Source: Elusimicrobiota bacterium (GTDB lineage Bacteria; CG03; SLGR01; JBDRKX01). From it: DNA of 48,955 nucleotides. This document shows positions 1-8,644 of the stretch, one piece after another. Numbering within the stretch: the first letter of the stretch is position 1; each line of letters begins with the position of its first letter. The notes beneath the pieces are model-generated. The model ran no database searches, was not told the origin of the DNA, and saw nothing but the letters and a program-made list of their open reading frames with translations. The stretch covers positions 1 through 48,955 of the forward strand of contig JBDRKX010000032.1 of assembly GCA_043813605.1 (NCBI GenBank), in the 5' to 3' direction. The translations under genes were made by a program, and so were the position numbers.

Positions 1-2199
1 GCATTTTATCCCGGATGTCACACCCGCAGAGATAAGATTCGTTTCACCGGATCTTGTCGCGAGCCAGCCTATATTCACATGTATTGTGTCTTCTTTCGTA
101 TAGGCTATCATGTTGCCGATACCGTCAAAAACAAATATCTGCCCGTCGACAGTGCTTACAGCTATAATATCCTTAAACGGATGAACAGATATATCTTCAA
201 CCTTTGATATATCGGCATCTCCAAGTATGACTTCCCATTTGACATCTCCGTTGAAATCAGTCATTTTCAGTATCTCGTTGTCCCTGCTGCTTCCGGATAT
301 TATAAATCTGCCGCCGGTGCTTGAGTTTGCGATACATTTGATATATGAGGCAAACATATGTGCAGGTATTGTCTCGGCAAGTCTTCCCTGATTATCTATT
401 ATGTGTATTTGGCCGTCGTTCGAAACAGTACATATTTTTCTGTCTTTTATGTTCGGGGAAAAACATATATCTATGACCGAAACACTGATTACTGCCGTAC
501 TTTTCCAGATAGTTTCTCCGGTTCTTGTGAGAGCCAGGATCCCGTTTATTCCGCTCAATCCAAGTATGATCTCAGATTCACCGTCACCATTGATGTCTCC
601 TGTCGCAATATCATTAATGCCCGGTATCGCTGATAGTTTCCAGAGTGTTTCTCCGCTCTTTGTGAATACGATAAGGTCACTGGAATATTTCCTGTACCCG
701 GCATATGCGGGGGGTGATTCATCTGTTTTCTCAATTGATACGATCTTTTTTATGACTTTATTCTGTTCTGCTATCATGCTTATGCTCCCTGAATCTGAAA
801 TAAAAAAGATCTCACCGGCAGAATCTGTGGCTGCCAGTCCGTATCTTGTAGAAAGGCTTGTGGCTTTCATCGGGATCTCCCATAGTTTATATAGCCCCTT
901 GGTCTTGTCTAAATGTGATATAGTATCCTCGTCTTTAATACCGAGCATATAGGAGAGATCGTCTTCCAGCCTGTCACTGAATCCGCTGAAATAATCCGTG
1001 TAAATCTGTTTTATGGTACCTGATTCATCGATCAGGAAAAGTGTCGGATATGAGTCGACACCGTATGAAGATGTGACACTCCCGGCAGGATCCGCCATTA
1101 CCGGGTATGTTATCCTGTTTTTCCGGGTAAACGATTTTAACTGGCGTTCTTCATCTATTGCCGCTACGGCAAATACCTTGACTCCCTTATCCCTGTATTC
1201 TTCGGAGATCTTCGACAGGTCAGTAACAGCAGATAAAGATTTATCACTGTTTATATCAATGAACAGCAGTAATATAATATTGCCGGAATTTTTGGAAAAA
1301 ATAGTTGTTTTCTTCATGTTAACTGCTTGCAGTTCAAAATCAGTGAATTTTCTTCCCAGGTAAGGGTATTCCGGCGACTTACCCGAAGTTTCAAAGAGCT
1401 GATCGCTTTTTTCCGAATCAGAGGGAGGTTCGAATTCGAATTCTTCATCTTGAATATATGAATCGATCTCAATATGCCTGTGGTTTTCCGTGTATTCCAT
1501 GTGTATTTCTGCCGTTTCCAGCCCCATGTCGGCTTGCTGCTGTTTTATTATGGATGTGGCATCCAGGTATATCTTACGGATATAATAAGTCGCCGAATCT
1601 ATCCATAGCCTCAATATCGATCCCATATAGTCTATATCTATTATATACAGGTGCCTATCGTCCATGAACTCTTCTCCGTAGAACCGGGCGGTGCCTTTAT
1701 CTACGACAGTCAATAGCTCCCCCCCCAGAAACAGAAAAATAAGGAATTGCTCAGTACCCAGAGTTTCTATATTTTTCAGATTAGTTTTAAGTATATCGTT
1801 CAATTTGTCAGATGTATCTTTTTCGGTATACTTGTTTATGAATGATGCATAATTCCATGTTTTTCTGCCGTTGCTTACAATTGTTTTACCTCCTATATCA
1901 TTCATGCTGCGGATAAGGTATTTGTCGGGTCTTTTTACAGTGATATCAGAAGTATAGGAATCTTTATTATCAATTCCAAGGGAAGTAAGCGTCATAATGA
2001 TCTCAGCGGTGGCCTTATATGACCTGAGATCAGAGTACAGCTGTATGGTGTTTTCCAGTATAAGAGCGGCAGTAATCTCTTCTTTTCCAGAATCCTCAAG
2101 ACCGGAAGAAGCTGGAGTTTCCTGTTCAGCGGGTTCGGCAGTTAAAGTGAATTGCATGAAGAAAACAAGAAAAAAGGATAATAAAAAAGATTTTTTCAT
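1..2199 (-). CDS. Secreted multidomain protein: LolA/DUF2092-like + TlpA-like thioredoxin fold lacking CxxC + PQQ/FG-GAP-like beta-propeller (3' end outside window)
   Basis: Hand translation from ATG 2199 (ATGA overlap with cobO stop) is open to base 1 (733 codons). Signal peptide MKKSFLLSFFLVFFMQF; LolA-like 'KRPDKYLIR...TIVSNGRKTWNY...RLWIDSATYYIRKI...EEFEFEPP'; TlpA-like 'DFELQ...YRDKGVKVFAV...TYPVMADPAGSV...YGVDSYPTLFLIDESG'; propeller blades 'GETLWK', 'GDINGDGESEII', 'GETIWK', 'NGDVKWE'. Not in the ORF track. Confidence 0.8.
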   Translation of the reverse strand, partial: MKKSFLLSFFLVFFMQFTLTAEPAEQETPASSGLEDSGKEEITAALILENTIQLYSDLRSYKATAEIIMTLTSLGIDNKDSYTSDITVKRPDKYLIRSMNDIGGKTIVSNGRKTWNYASFINKYTEKDTSDKLNDILKTNLKNIETLGTEQFLIFLFLGGELLTVVDKGTARFYGEEFMDDRHLYIIDIDYMGSILRLWIDSATYYIRKIYLDATSIIKQQQADMGLETAEIHMEYTENHRHIEIDSYIQDEEFEFEPPSDSEKSDQLFETSGKSPEYPYLGRKFTDFELQAVNMKKTTIFSKNSGNIILLLFIDINSDKSLSAVTDLSKISEEYRDKGVKVFAVAAIDEERQLKSFTRKNRITYPVMADPAGSVTSSYGVDSYPTLFLIDESGTIKQIYTDYFSGFSDRLEDDLSYMLGIKDEDTISHLDKTKGLYKLWEIPMKATSLSTRYGLAATDSAGEIFFISDSGSISMIAEQNKVIKKIVSIEKTDESPPAYAGYRKYSSDLIVFTKSGETLWKLSAIPGINDIATGDINGDGESEIILGLSGINGILALTRTGETIWKSTAVISVSVIDICFSPNIKDRKICTVSNDGQIHIIDNQGRLAETIPAHMFASYIKCIANSSTGGRFIISGSSRDNEILKMTDFNGDVKWEVILGDADISKVEDISVHPFKDIIAVSTVDGQIFVFDGIGNMIAYTKEDTIHVNIGWLATRSGETNLISAGVTSGIKC

Positions 2200-2723
2200 C
2201 TTTCTATACCCTGTCTCCAATTCATGCCGTTATCATAAGGATGTTTTATTTTTTTCATTTCCGTTACGAGATCTGCCCTGTCTTTTATCGTATCAGTAAG
2301 ACCCCTCCCTGTAAAAATGAGTTCAGTACCAGCCCCCTTTTTTTCTATTAGCTGAAGCAGTTCGGTTTCCGATATAAACCCCAGTTTAAGCGAAACGAGT
2401 ATCTCGTCAAGTATAACCATATCGTATTTTTCTGAAGAAAGCGCCTCTTGTGCGTGGTAAAGTCCTTTTAATGTGGCTTTGCGTAATCCCGATGCGTCAG
2501 GATCAGCAGTTTCTCCAAGAGTGAAATTCTCGGCAAAATAAAAAGTGCTGATGCCGATCTTTTTCAGAACATTGTTCTCGCCTGTTCCGGGGGAGTCTTT
2601 CTTATTAAAGAACAGGACAAGTACTTTCAAGCCTGATGCATGCGCTCTTACGGCCTGGCCTATTGCAGCAGTAGTCTTTCCTTTGCCGTCACCGCTGTAG
2701 ACTTGAAGTATGCCGGTCTTCAT
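2196..2723 (-). CDS. cobO: Cob(I)alamin adenosyltransferase (CobO/BtuR family)
   Basis: VYSGDGKGKTTAA P-loop, YDMVILDEI, ELIFTGR, ADLVTEMKKIKHPY. Confidence 0.92.
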   Translation of the reverse strand: MKTGILQVYSGDGKGKTTAAIGQAVRAHASGLKVLVLFFNKKDSPGTGENNVLKKIGISTFYFAENFTLGETADPDASGLRKATLKGLYHAQEALSSEKYDMVILDEILVSLKLGFISETELLQLIEKKGAGTELIFTGRGLTDTIKDRADLVTEMKKIKHPYDNGMNWRQGIER

Positions 2724-3061
2724 TTTAATCGCTCAGTGCTGTCTTTAAGGAAACTATAGTAGGCAACAGAATCAGAGTACCATTCCCTGGTATTAACAAC
2801 TATAACGCTTTGGGTAATACTGCTTGATTCTCTTGTCACAGGCAGATTATCCTGCGTCGTATCGATCCATATAGTTTTCTGTGATTCACGGTATGCTTCA
2901 GGAAGATCCAGTCTTAGCCCGGTGAAATCATCTTGTTTAACAAGCCATGAGTTGAAATCTTTTACAAGCGCTAATACATAATCGTTTTCTATGCCGTCAA
3001 ACAAATCAGCGGCTTGAAAAAGTTCGGCTGCATAATAATATGAATTACGTTTCTTTTCCAT
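2720..3061 (-). CDS. Hypothetical protein (113 aa)
   Basis: Open frame coupled to both neighbours (1-nt and 4-nt overlaps); no recognised motif. Confidence 0.65.
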   Translation of the reverse strand: MEKKRNSYYYAAELFQAADLFDGIENDYVLALVKDFNSWLVKQDDFTGLRLDLPEAYRESQKTIWIDTTQDNLPVTRESSSITQSVIVVNTREWYSDSVAYYSFLKDSTERLK

Positions 3062-3528
3062 TATTCAGAGATGAATTTATTGTATATTTTTTTTAATGTC
3101 AATTCAATTTCAGGCTTTATGTACGCGAAATCATCAGAATATACTTTTTCACTGAAATGCAGCTTGACAAGAGGCGCATCTTCTTCGAGCAGTGTACAGG
3201 CCGCGCTGATCCCATATTCAAGAGCACTTACTATTGAGACAGCTTCAACCGTCTCTCTGCAGTCATCGTCGTTTGCTGTTGAAAGCAGATCATCAGCGAA
3301 TAGAATGTCAGTATTTTTAACAGTACCGTATATTTTTTTAGAAATGCCGGTGAACCTGCCGGGATCATTGAGAAAAAATGTTTTTTCTTCAGCAAGATTA
3401 CGGGGTATGGGTCTCTGGTAGAACGACAGGAGATTGTCCAGTTTCTGAAACTGTCCATCAAGGTGTATCATAGAAAAAAGCATACAGTATTCGGCTCCTC
3501 TAATCAAGAATCCCGGGAATATGATCAC
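3061..3528 (-). CDS. Hypothetical protein (start uncertain: GTG 3528 or ATG 3471)
   Basis: Open frame whose stop overlaps the next ATG; no recognised motif. Confidence 0.6.
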   Translation of the reverse strand: MIIFPGFLIRGAEYCMLFSMIHLDGQFQKLDNLLSFYQRPIPRNLAEEKTFFLNDPGRFTGISKKIYGTVKNTDILFADDLLSTANDDDCRETVEAVSIVSALEYGISAACTLLEEDAPLVKLHFSEKVYSDDFAYIKPEIELTLKKIYNKFISE

Positions 3529-3623
3529 AGCCGGGCCTGCCGCATGAAATAATGAGCGACAGATACAAAGGGTCCGATTAGAATTGAATATTATAATTGG
3601 CCGTATAACCCGTTTTCTGCAAC

Positions 3624-3653
3624 TTGAATTGCCCGATACAGTTATGGTATTAT
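3624..3653 (+). promoter_or_regulatory. Putative sigma70 promoter of the FAD oxidase gene (leaderless geometry)
   Basis: TTGAAT 3624-3629, 18 nt spacer, TG-extended TATTAT 3648-3653; ATG starts 6 nt after the -10. Confidence 0.45.
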
Positions 3654-3659
3654 ATTGAT

Positions 3660-5057
3660 ATGTATAGAAAAATCACAGTGAAAACTGAAGGAATGCTTAC
3701 TGATATAGTCGGTAAGGACAATATACTGGATTCACCTGAAGACATGGATTCCTATGCAAGGGATGAATCAAGGGTACTCTATTTCCCGCCGGAATATGTA
3801 GTACGGCCCTCAAACGAAAAACAGGTGCGGGAGATCATTAAACTCGCCAATATGGAATTATTCCCTGTAGTTGCCCGGGGCGGAGGGACGGGCCTTACCG
3901 GCGGCGCCCTGGCCTCCGAAGGAGGTGCTGTTGTCTCTTTTGAACTTATGAACAATATCACAGACATAGATACACAAAACAGGATGGCTGTTCTGCAGCC
4001 GGGTGTTATTAACGGTGTTTTTCAATCCCAAGCCGAAGAAAACGGGTTGTTCTATCCGGTGAATCCTGCTTCAATGGATTCCTGTACGCTTGGCGGTAAT
4101 GTATCAAATTCAACCGGCGGCGCAAATACAGTCCGGTACGGGACGACAAGGAATTATATATGCGGTATGAGAGCGGTCAATGGCAATAATGAAGTATTGT
4201 GCGCCGGAGGAAAAGTAGTCAAGAATTCTACGGATCACACACTTATACAGCTCATGTGCGGGAGCGAAGGCACGCTTGGTTTTTTTACGGAACTTACATT
4301 CCGGCTTATTGCCCGGCCCGCAGTCACTGCATGGATAATAGCGTTATTCAGTGATATATACAGAATATCGGAAACCGCGGGAGAAATATACTGCAAAGGA
4401 TTAAATCCGACGATGATGGAATTGATGGATTCGGCTACGCTTGGATACTGTAGAAAATATCTCGAAATTGAAGCACAGTACGGAAGATATCATCAATTGC
4501 TCCTGAGGTTCGATTCTCAAGATAAAGAAGAACTTGAAAAAGCGGTCATAAAGGCGGGAGAAATGTGCATGAACAGCGGTGCCGATGAAGTGCTTGTAGC
4601 TGATTCGAAGATCGAACAGGAAAAAATATGGAAGATCAGGAGTTCAATACACGATGCCCTCATTAATGCAGCGCGTCCTGTATGTGAAGAAGATATCGTT
4701 ATACCAGTCAGCAGAGTGAACGAGCTTCTTAAAGAGCTCTACCTATTGTCGGACAGATACGGGTATGAACTGACGGTTTTCGGACACCTCGGGGACGGTA
4801 ATATGCATGTCAGTTACAACGCACGCGGGGAAGCCGGTAATATAGTTCCGGAAAACACCGTAGAAGAACTCCGGTCGGATGTTTTCAGGAAAACTGATAT
4901 ACTTGGCGGCAAAATATCCGGTGAACACGGTATCGGCCTCTTAAAACGGAGATACTGGAAAAAATATGTAGATCCTTCATATATCAGCCTTGTAAGCAGG
5001 ATAAAAAAGGAATTTGACTCTAATCTTATAATAAATCCCGGGAAGCTCTCAGATTGA
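3660..5057 (+). CDS. FAD-linked oxidase, GlcD/D-lactate dehydrogenase family
   Basis: RGGGTGLTGG, CTLGGNVS, GSEGTLG, FGHLGDGNMH, SGEHGIG, IINPGK; ATG 3660 preferred over TTG 3624. Confidence 0.9.
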   Translation: MYRKITVKTEGMLTDIVGKDNILDSPEDMDSYARDESRVLYFPPEYVVRPSNEKQVREIIKLANMELFPVVARGGGTGLTGGALASEGGAVVSFELMNNITDIDTQNRMAVLQPGVINGVFQSQAEENGLFYPVNPASMDSCTLGGNVSNSTGGANTVRYGTTRNYICGMRAVNGNNEVLCAGGKVVKNSTDHTLIQLMCGSEGTLGFFTELTFRLIARPAVTAWIIALFSDIYRISETAGEIYCKGLNPTMMELMDSATLGYCRKYLEIEAQYGRYHQLLLRFDSQDKEELEKAVIKAGEMCMNSGADEVLVADSKIEQEKIWKIRSSIHDALINAARPVCEEDIVIPVSRVNELLKELYLLSDRYGYELTVFGHLGDGNMHVSYNARGEAGNIVPENTVEELRSDVFRKTDILGGKISGEHGIGLLKRRYWKKYVDPSYISLVSRIKKEFDSNLIINPGKLSD

Positions 5058-6365
5058 TCACTGCCTTAGTACAATAAACTTCAATTCCCCTTTTTTAATA
5101 TCAAAAGTCTCTGTTTCCGATGTGACCGGGTGATCCATACTCATGCGGAAACTGTATTTCCCCGGATCTAGATACGCCCGAGTAAAAAATATCCTGTTAG
5201 GGAGTGTCAGCCATGAGCGTGTATCCGCATGCTCCGTGGCTGCACCGAAGATATTTACGGTGGCTCCGAGAATTTTGCGAAGGTTATCGGAATTGTCGTC
5301 CTTTGTCCCTTTCCCTTTAACCGCCCTGTACGTGATATATTTCGTTACAGCTCTGGCAATAGCTTTAGCGATTATTTTGTCATGCTTGTCTTCGAGAGAC
5401 TTTCTTGCAAGCGATCCGAGGTCTTCTACAAGGTCCATGCTGTATATTTGGCCGTTTATCTCTACAGCAGCGCTCTGGATGCTTTCAGTTTCAGGCAGAT
5501 AATGCGGGACAGATACCGTGAGAAAATATGTATCCTTCAGTTCATTCTTATATTTTTTTTTGTAATCCTGTGGTATGGAAGCATCCATCCTGACTTCTTG
5601 TTTTGCCGGGATAAAACCGGTTTCAAGAATGAAGACCACGGTGCCGTATTCAGCCGGCGGAGTAAAAGCCGACAAAACTTCAGGGGGGAATTCCGAGACC
5701 CTGGGAAACCTGCTCTCATGCGCGAATACGGCGATATCCTTTGTGAGCTGTCGAGGATAAGGAGTCCCGTAAAGATCGGGATAGTCATTTCGGTATGCCT
5801 TATAAGCTTTCATGTATTCTATAAAAGCATCCGAATCCTGCATGTTATACTGATAAAGGATAGCAGTCATGTAGTGCATGAAGGCGTCATCCTTTTTGAA
5901 AAGACTGAGCTTGTGGTTTATTCTGCGTACTTCGACAAGGGCATCTTCCAGATTCCCGAGATATATGTAGTTCAGCAGTTTGTAATAATTTGTAAAAAGA
6001 TATTCAAAATATTCGCCTCTGTAGGGCAGGATATTATCTGAAGTTACAAGGGAGGCAGTTTCCTGGGAGATACTTTTCGTATAAAGCTCGTCTGATATCC
6101 ATTCAGCGTTCTCAAGGAAACGGTTGCTGAGTTTATACTCACCGGCAAGATGGTACAGAAGCCCGGTTTCCAGGTGATAAAGCAGGCTGTTCTTATCATT
6201 TTCCGGTATTCCGGTTTTGCTGAATGCCAATACAGCCTTGTCATATTGCCTGTTCCTGATATCTGATTTTACAGGAGACAGCTTCTGGTTGTATGTTGTT
6301 GCACAGCCGCAACACACTGCGGTGAGTACCAGACAGGCATATTTTAAATTTGAAGGCAGGTTCAA
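5058..6365 (-). CDS. COG3014-like TPR lipoprotein
   Basis: Lipobox-like TAVCCGC; 'LLYHLETGLLYHLAGEYKLSN', 'ALVEVRRI', 'ADTRSWLTLP'; adjacent to LpoB-like genes. Confidence 0.75.
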   Translation of the reverse strand: MNLPSNLKYACLVLTAVCCGCATTYNQKLSPVKSDIRNRQYDKAVLAFSKTGIPENDKNSLLYHLETGLLYHLAGEYKLSNRFLENAEWISDELYTKSISQETASLVTSDNILPYRGEYFEYLFTNYYKLLNYIYLGNLEDALVEVRRINHKLSLFKKDDAFMHYMTAILYQYNMQDSDAFIEYMKAYKAYRNDYPDLYGTPYPRQLTKDIAVFAHESRFPRVSEFPPEVLSAFTPPAEYGTVVFILETGFIPAKQEVRMDASIPQDYKKKYKNELKDTYFLTVSVPHYLPETESIQSAAVEINGQIYSMDLVEDLGSLARKSLEDKHDKIIAKAIARAVTKYITYRAVKGKGTKDDNSDNLRKILGATVNIFGAATEHADTRSWLTLPNRIFFTRAYLDPGKYSFRMSMDHPVTSETETFDIKKGELKFIVLRQ

Positions 6366-6943
6366 TGAATATATTTTTTGATTTTTTTATCACCTATCCA
6401 GGTTTTCTGGTTGGTTTCATTATTTATCAATTCAAGATCGATCTGGTAGTATATTATTTTCTTCTTTTTTTCTTTATCTATTATCGAGTTTATTACGCCT
6501 TTAAGCATAAAATCAGAAGCTTTTTCGCTTTGCATCTGTTTTCTCGTTTCGGCAGAGGCATGTTCCTGCATATCTACGCGTTCCTGTCTCACTTCCGTCC
6601 TTTCTTCTCTGGAAGCTACAAGTTGGACCCTTCCTGAATTTATAAATGCTCTTTCGAGATCTTTTGTGAAAGTTTCTGATATAATGTGTTCGTCGGTTTT
6701 ATTTACTACCGTGCCTACGATTACAGTAGGTCTTTTAGAAGAGGATAACTGAAACTGGTCTATCCACGGGCGGGACAGGCAGTCTTTAATCATCTCTTCT
6801 GACACAAGTTTTGAATCAGTATCGTTCCATTTTCCGGAAAGATCCATCTGTTTATCAACTTAGATCCTGTCAACTTTTTTTCCACAGCCTGTGTATAGAA
6901 TGACACTCAGGAAAGCCGCTGTAATTAATAAGTTTCTTTTCAT
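6362..6943 (-). pseudogene. LpoB-like lipoprotein, copy 2, interrupted by in-frame TAA at codon 28 (6860-6862)
   Basis: AGGAGG RBS + ATG 6943 gives MKRNLLITAAFLSVILYTGCGKKVDRI*VDKQMDLSGKWNDTDS..., in frame with ORF 6362..6847 and colinear with copy 1. Confidence 0.75.
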
Positions 6944-6973
6944 CTCTTAGTCCTCCTTTTCTTCAGAAATTCT

Positions 6974-7597
6974 TCAGAACTTGAACAACGGTCTCTTTAT
7001 GAATTTCTTTATCTTCTTCTGTCCAACCCACATTATACTATTATCACTGAGGTTTATCAAACTGAGATCAGCCTGGTAAAATACGACTTTTTCGCCTTTT
7101 TCTTCGTCAATTATAGAATTCACTACTCCTTTGAGCATGAAATCCGCTCCTGTCTCCCGGCCGGATTCCTTCATGGAATCCAGTGATGCCCATTTCTGGA
7201 TATCTTTTCTTTCCTCACGCACCTCTATACGCTCATCACTGGATGCAACAATATCTATGCTGCCGGAATTGAGCATTGCTTTCTCTAGGTCCTTGGTAAA
7301 CGTCTCGACATTTATGTGTTCCATCGTCTTGTTACTTATTTTCCCGACTATTATAACAGGATTCTTGCCATGCTTCCCTTGAAAAATGGTATGCCACTTA
7401 GAATCAAGACACTGCTCTATGACAGCTTCTGCGACAAGACGTGAATCCGTATCATTCCATCTTCCGGAAAGGTCAACGGTCTCAATGACATCCAGGCGGG
7501 CTACTCTGGTTGAACAACCAGCAGCAATGATGAAAGAAACAAATGTCAGAGTTATAAGAAATGACTGGATTCCGGTTTTTTTCATCTTTGTTGACAA
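6974..7597 (-). CDS. LpoB-like (PBP activator family) lipoprotein, copy 1
   Basis: Lipobox IAAGC; DLSGRWNDTDSRLV, NKTMEHI, GADFMLKGVVNSIID, WVGQKKIKK; ATG 7585 is an alternative start. Confidence 0.8.
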   Translation of the reverse strand: MSTKMKKTGIQSFLITLTFVSFIIAAGCSTRVARLDVIETVDLSGRWNDTDSRLVAEAVIEQCLDSKWHTIFQGKHGKNPVIIVGKISNKTMEHINVETFTKDLEKAMLNSGSIDIVASSDERIEVREERKDIQKWASLDSMKESGRETGADFMLKGVVNSIIDEEKGEKVVFYQADLSLINLSDNSIMWVGQKKIKKFIKRPLFKF

Positions 7598-7629
7598 TCG
7601 GGCAGACCTAGTTTGTCTTTTAAATACTT

Positions 7630-8586
7630 TTACTTGATCCCCTGTTCCTGCCGCCTCTTCTGCATGAGTATTTTGCGGCGGGCTGCCGTATTCAACCGGT
7701 TAGCTCTATACTGCTTATTAATTCCGGCCAGGCTGTCTGTTGCGGCGTTATTCTGCTTTTTAAGCTCATCGGTTCTTTGCATCAGCTTGGCAAGTCTCGC
7801 TTTGGCAGATTTTCTCTTCTCGGGATCCCGTATCATTCGTATCTTTTTATTTAAACTGAATATCATTATGTCGTTTTTCTTGACTGCTCTCAAATTAAGG
7901 AACATCTCTTTTTTTAACCTGAAATGTTTCCAGCGCAACTCTCTTTTTTCGGTTATTTCGCCCATGACCCTGGTCTTGAGGTCTTTACCGGCTTTAGCCC
8001 AATTGTCCTTGCCTACGCTTATGCCCTCTTCTGCAGTTCCATCATCTGCAATTTTGCTGAATGAGACTTCCCCGTCATATACTTCGACTTCGGCTTCGCT
8101 TTCATCTTCATGTATAACCGCAAATTCAGTCCCCCTGACAGCGGCTACTGAAACCGGAGTTTTAACTTCAAGCTTTTCGCCTTTAGAAAGTTTTTTAGCT
8201 TTTGCCATGAGTGAGCCGTAAAACAGCTCAAGTGTCGTATTATTATCCTGTTCGGAGATACCAGACATGCTTTCTTCATTAAGCTCTACCTTCTTTCCGC
8301 CGCCGAGATCGATCTCGGTAAATGAGTTATCTGAGACTTTTACCTGTGTTCCGTCTGAAAGCTTGGTTTCTTCAGTGACAGGGACCCATTTATCAGATCC
8401 CTTTTCCTTGATCTGGACATCGCCTTCTATGAAGATAAAATCTCCCTTAGGGACATCCGAGGTCTCTTCTTCTCCGGTGGATATATCATCTTTACCGGTA
8501 TCCGCCATATTTTCCCGGGCGGCAACATAATTGCATGACAGCATGATAGCAAATGCAGCCGACAATAGAATGAGTTTCTTGATCAT
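7630..8586 (-). CDS. Exported FecR-domain protein with basic coiled-coil C-terminus
   Basis: Signal peptide; 'EVKTPVSVAAVRGTEFAV...EVEVYDGEV' FecR signature; AAGGAG RBS. Confidence 0.8.
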   Translation of the reverse strand: MIKKLILLSAAFAIMLSCNYVAARENMADTGKDDISTGEEETSDVPKGDFIFIEGDVQIKEKGSDKWVPVTEETKLSDGTQVKVSDNSFTEIDLGGGKKVELNEESMSGISEQDNNTTLELFYGSLMAKAKKLSKGEKLEVKTPVSVAAVRGTEFAVIHEDESEAEVEVYDGEVSFSKIADDGTAEEGISVGKDNWAKAGKDLKTRVMGEITEKRELRWKHFRLKKEMFLNLRAVKKNDIMIFSLNKKIRMIRDPEKRKSAKARLAKLMQRTDELKKQNNAATDSLAGINKQYRANRLNTAARRKILMQKRRQEQGIK

Positions 8587-8644
8587 ATTGATCTCCTTTT
8601 CTTAAGTACAATTTTCCTATTATAGTAACAAATATATCAAAATA

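Noticed and set aside
358..2299. Plus-strand ORFs 358-633, 401-952, 1013-1363, 1458-1667, 1997-2299
   Set aside because: Antisense shadows of the long minus-strand fusion gene; no motifs
3529..3623. Cobalamin riboswitch upstream of the cobO-containing operon
   Set aside because: No B12-box or GGGAA core recognised; region looks like divergent promoter DNA
6860..6862. Stop-codon reassignment as the cause of the in-frame TAA
   Set aside because: TAA, TAG and TGA all end well-conserved genes at the expected positions in this window (e.g. rpsO TAA, rplT TAG, recA TGA)
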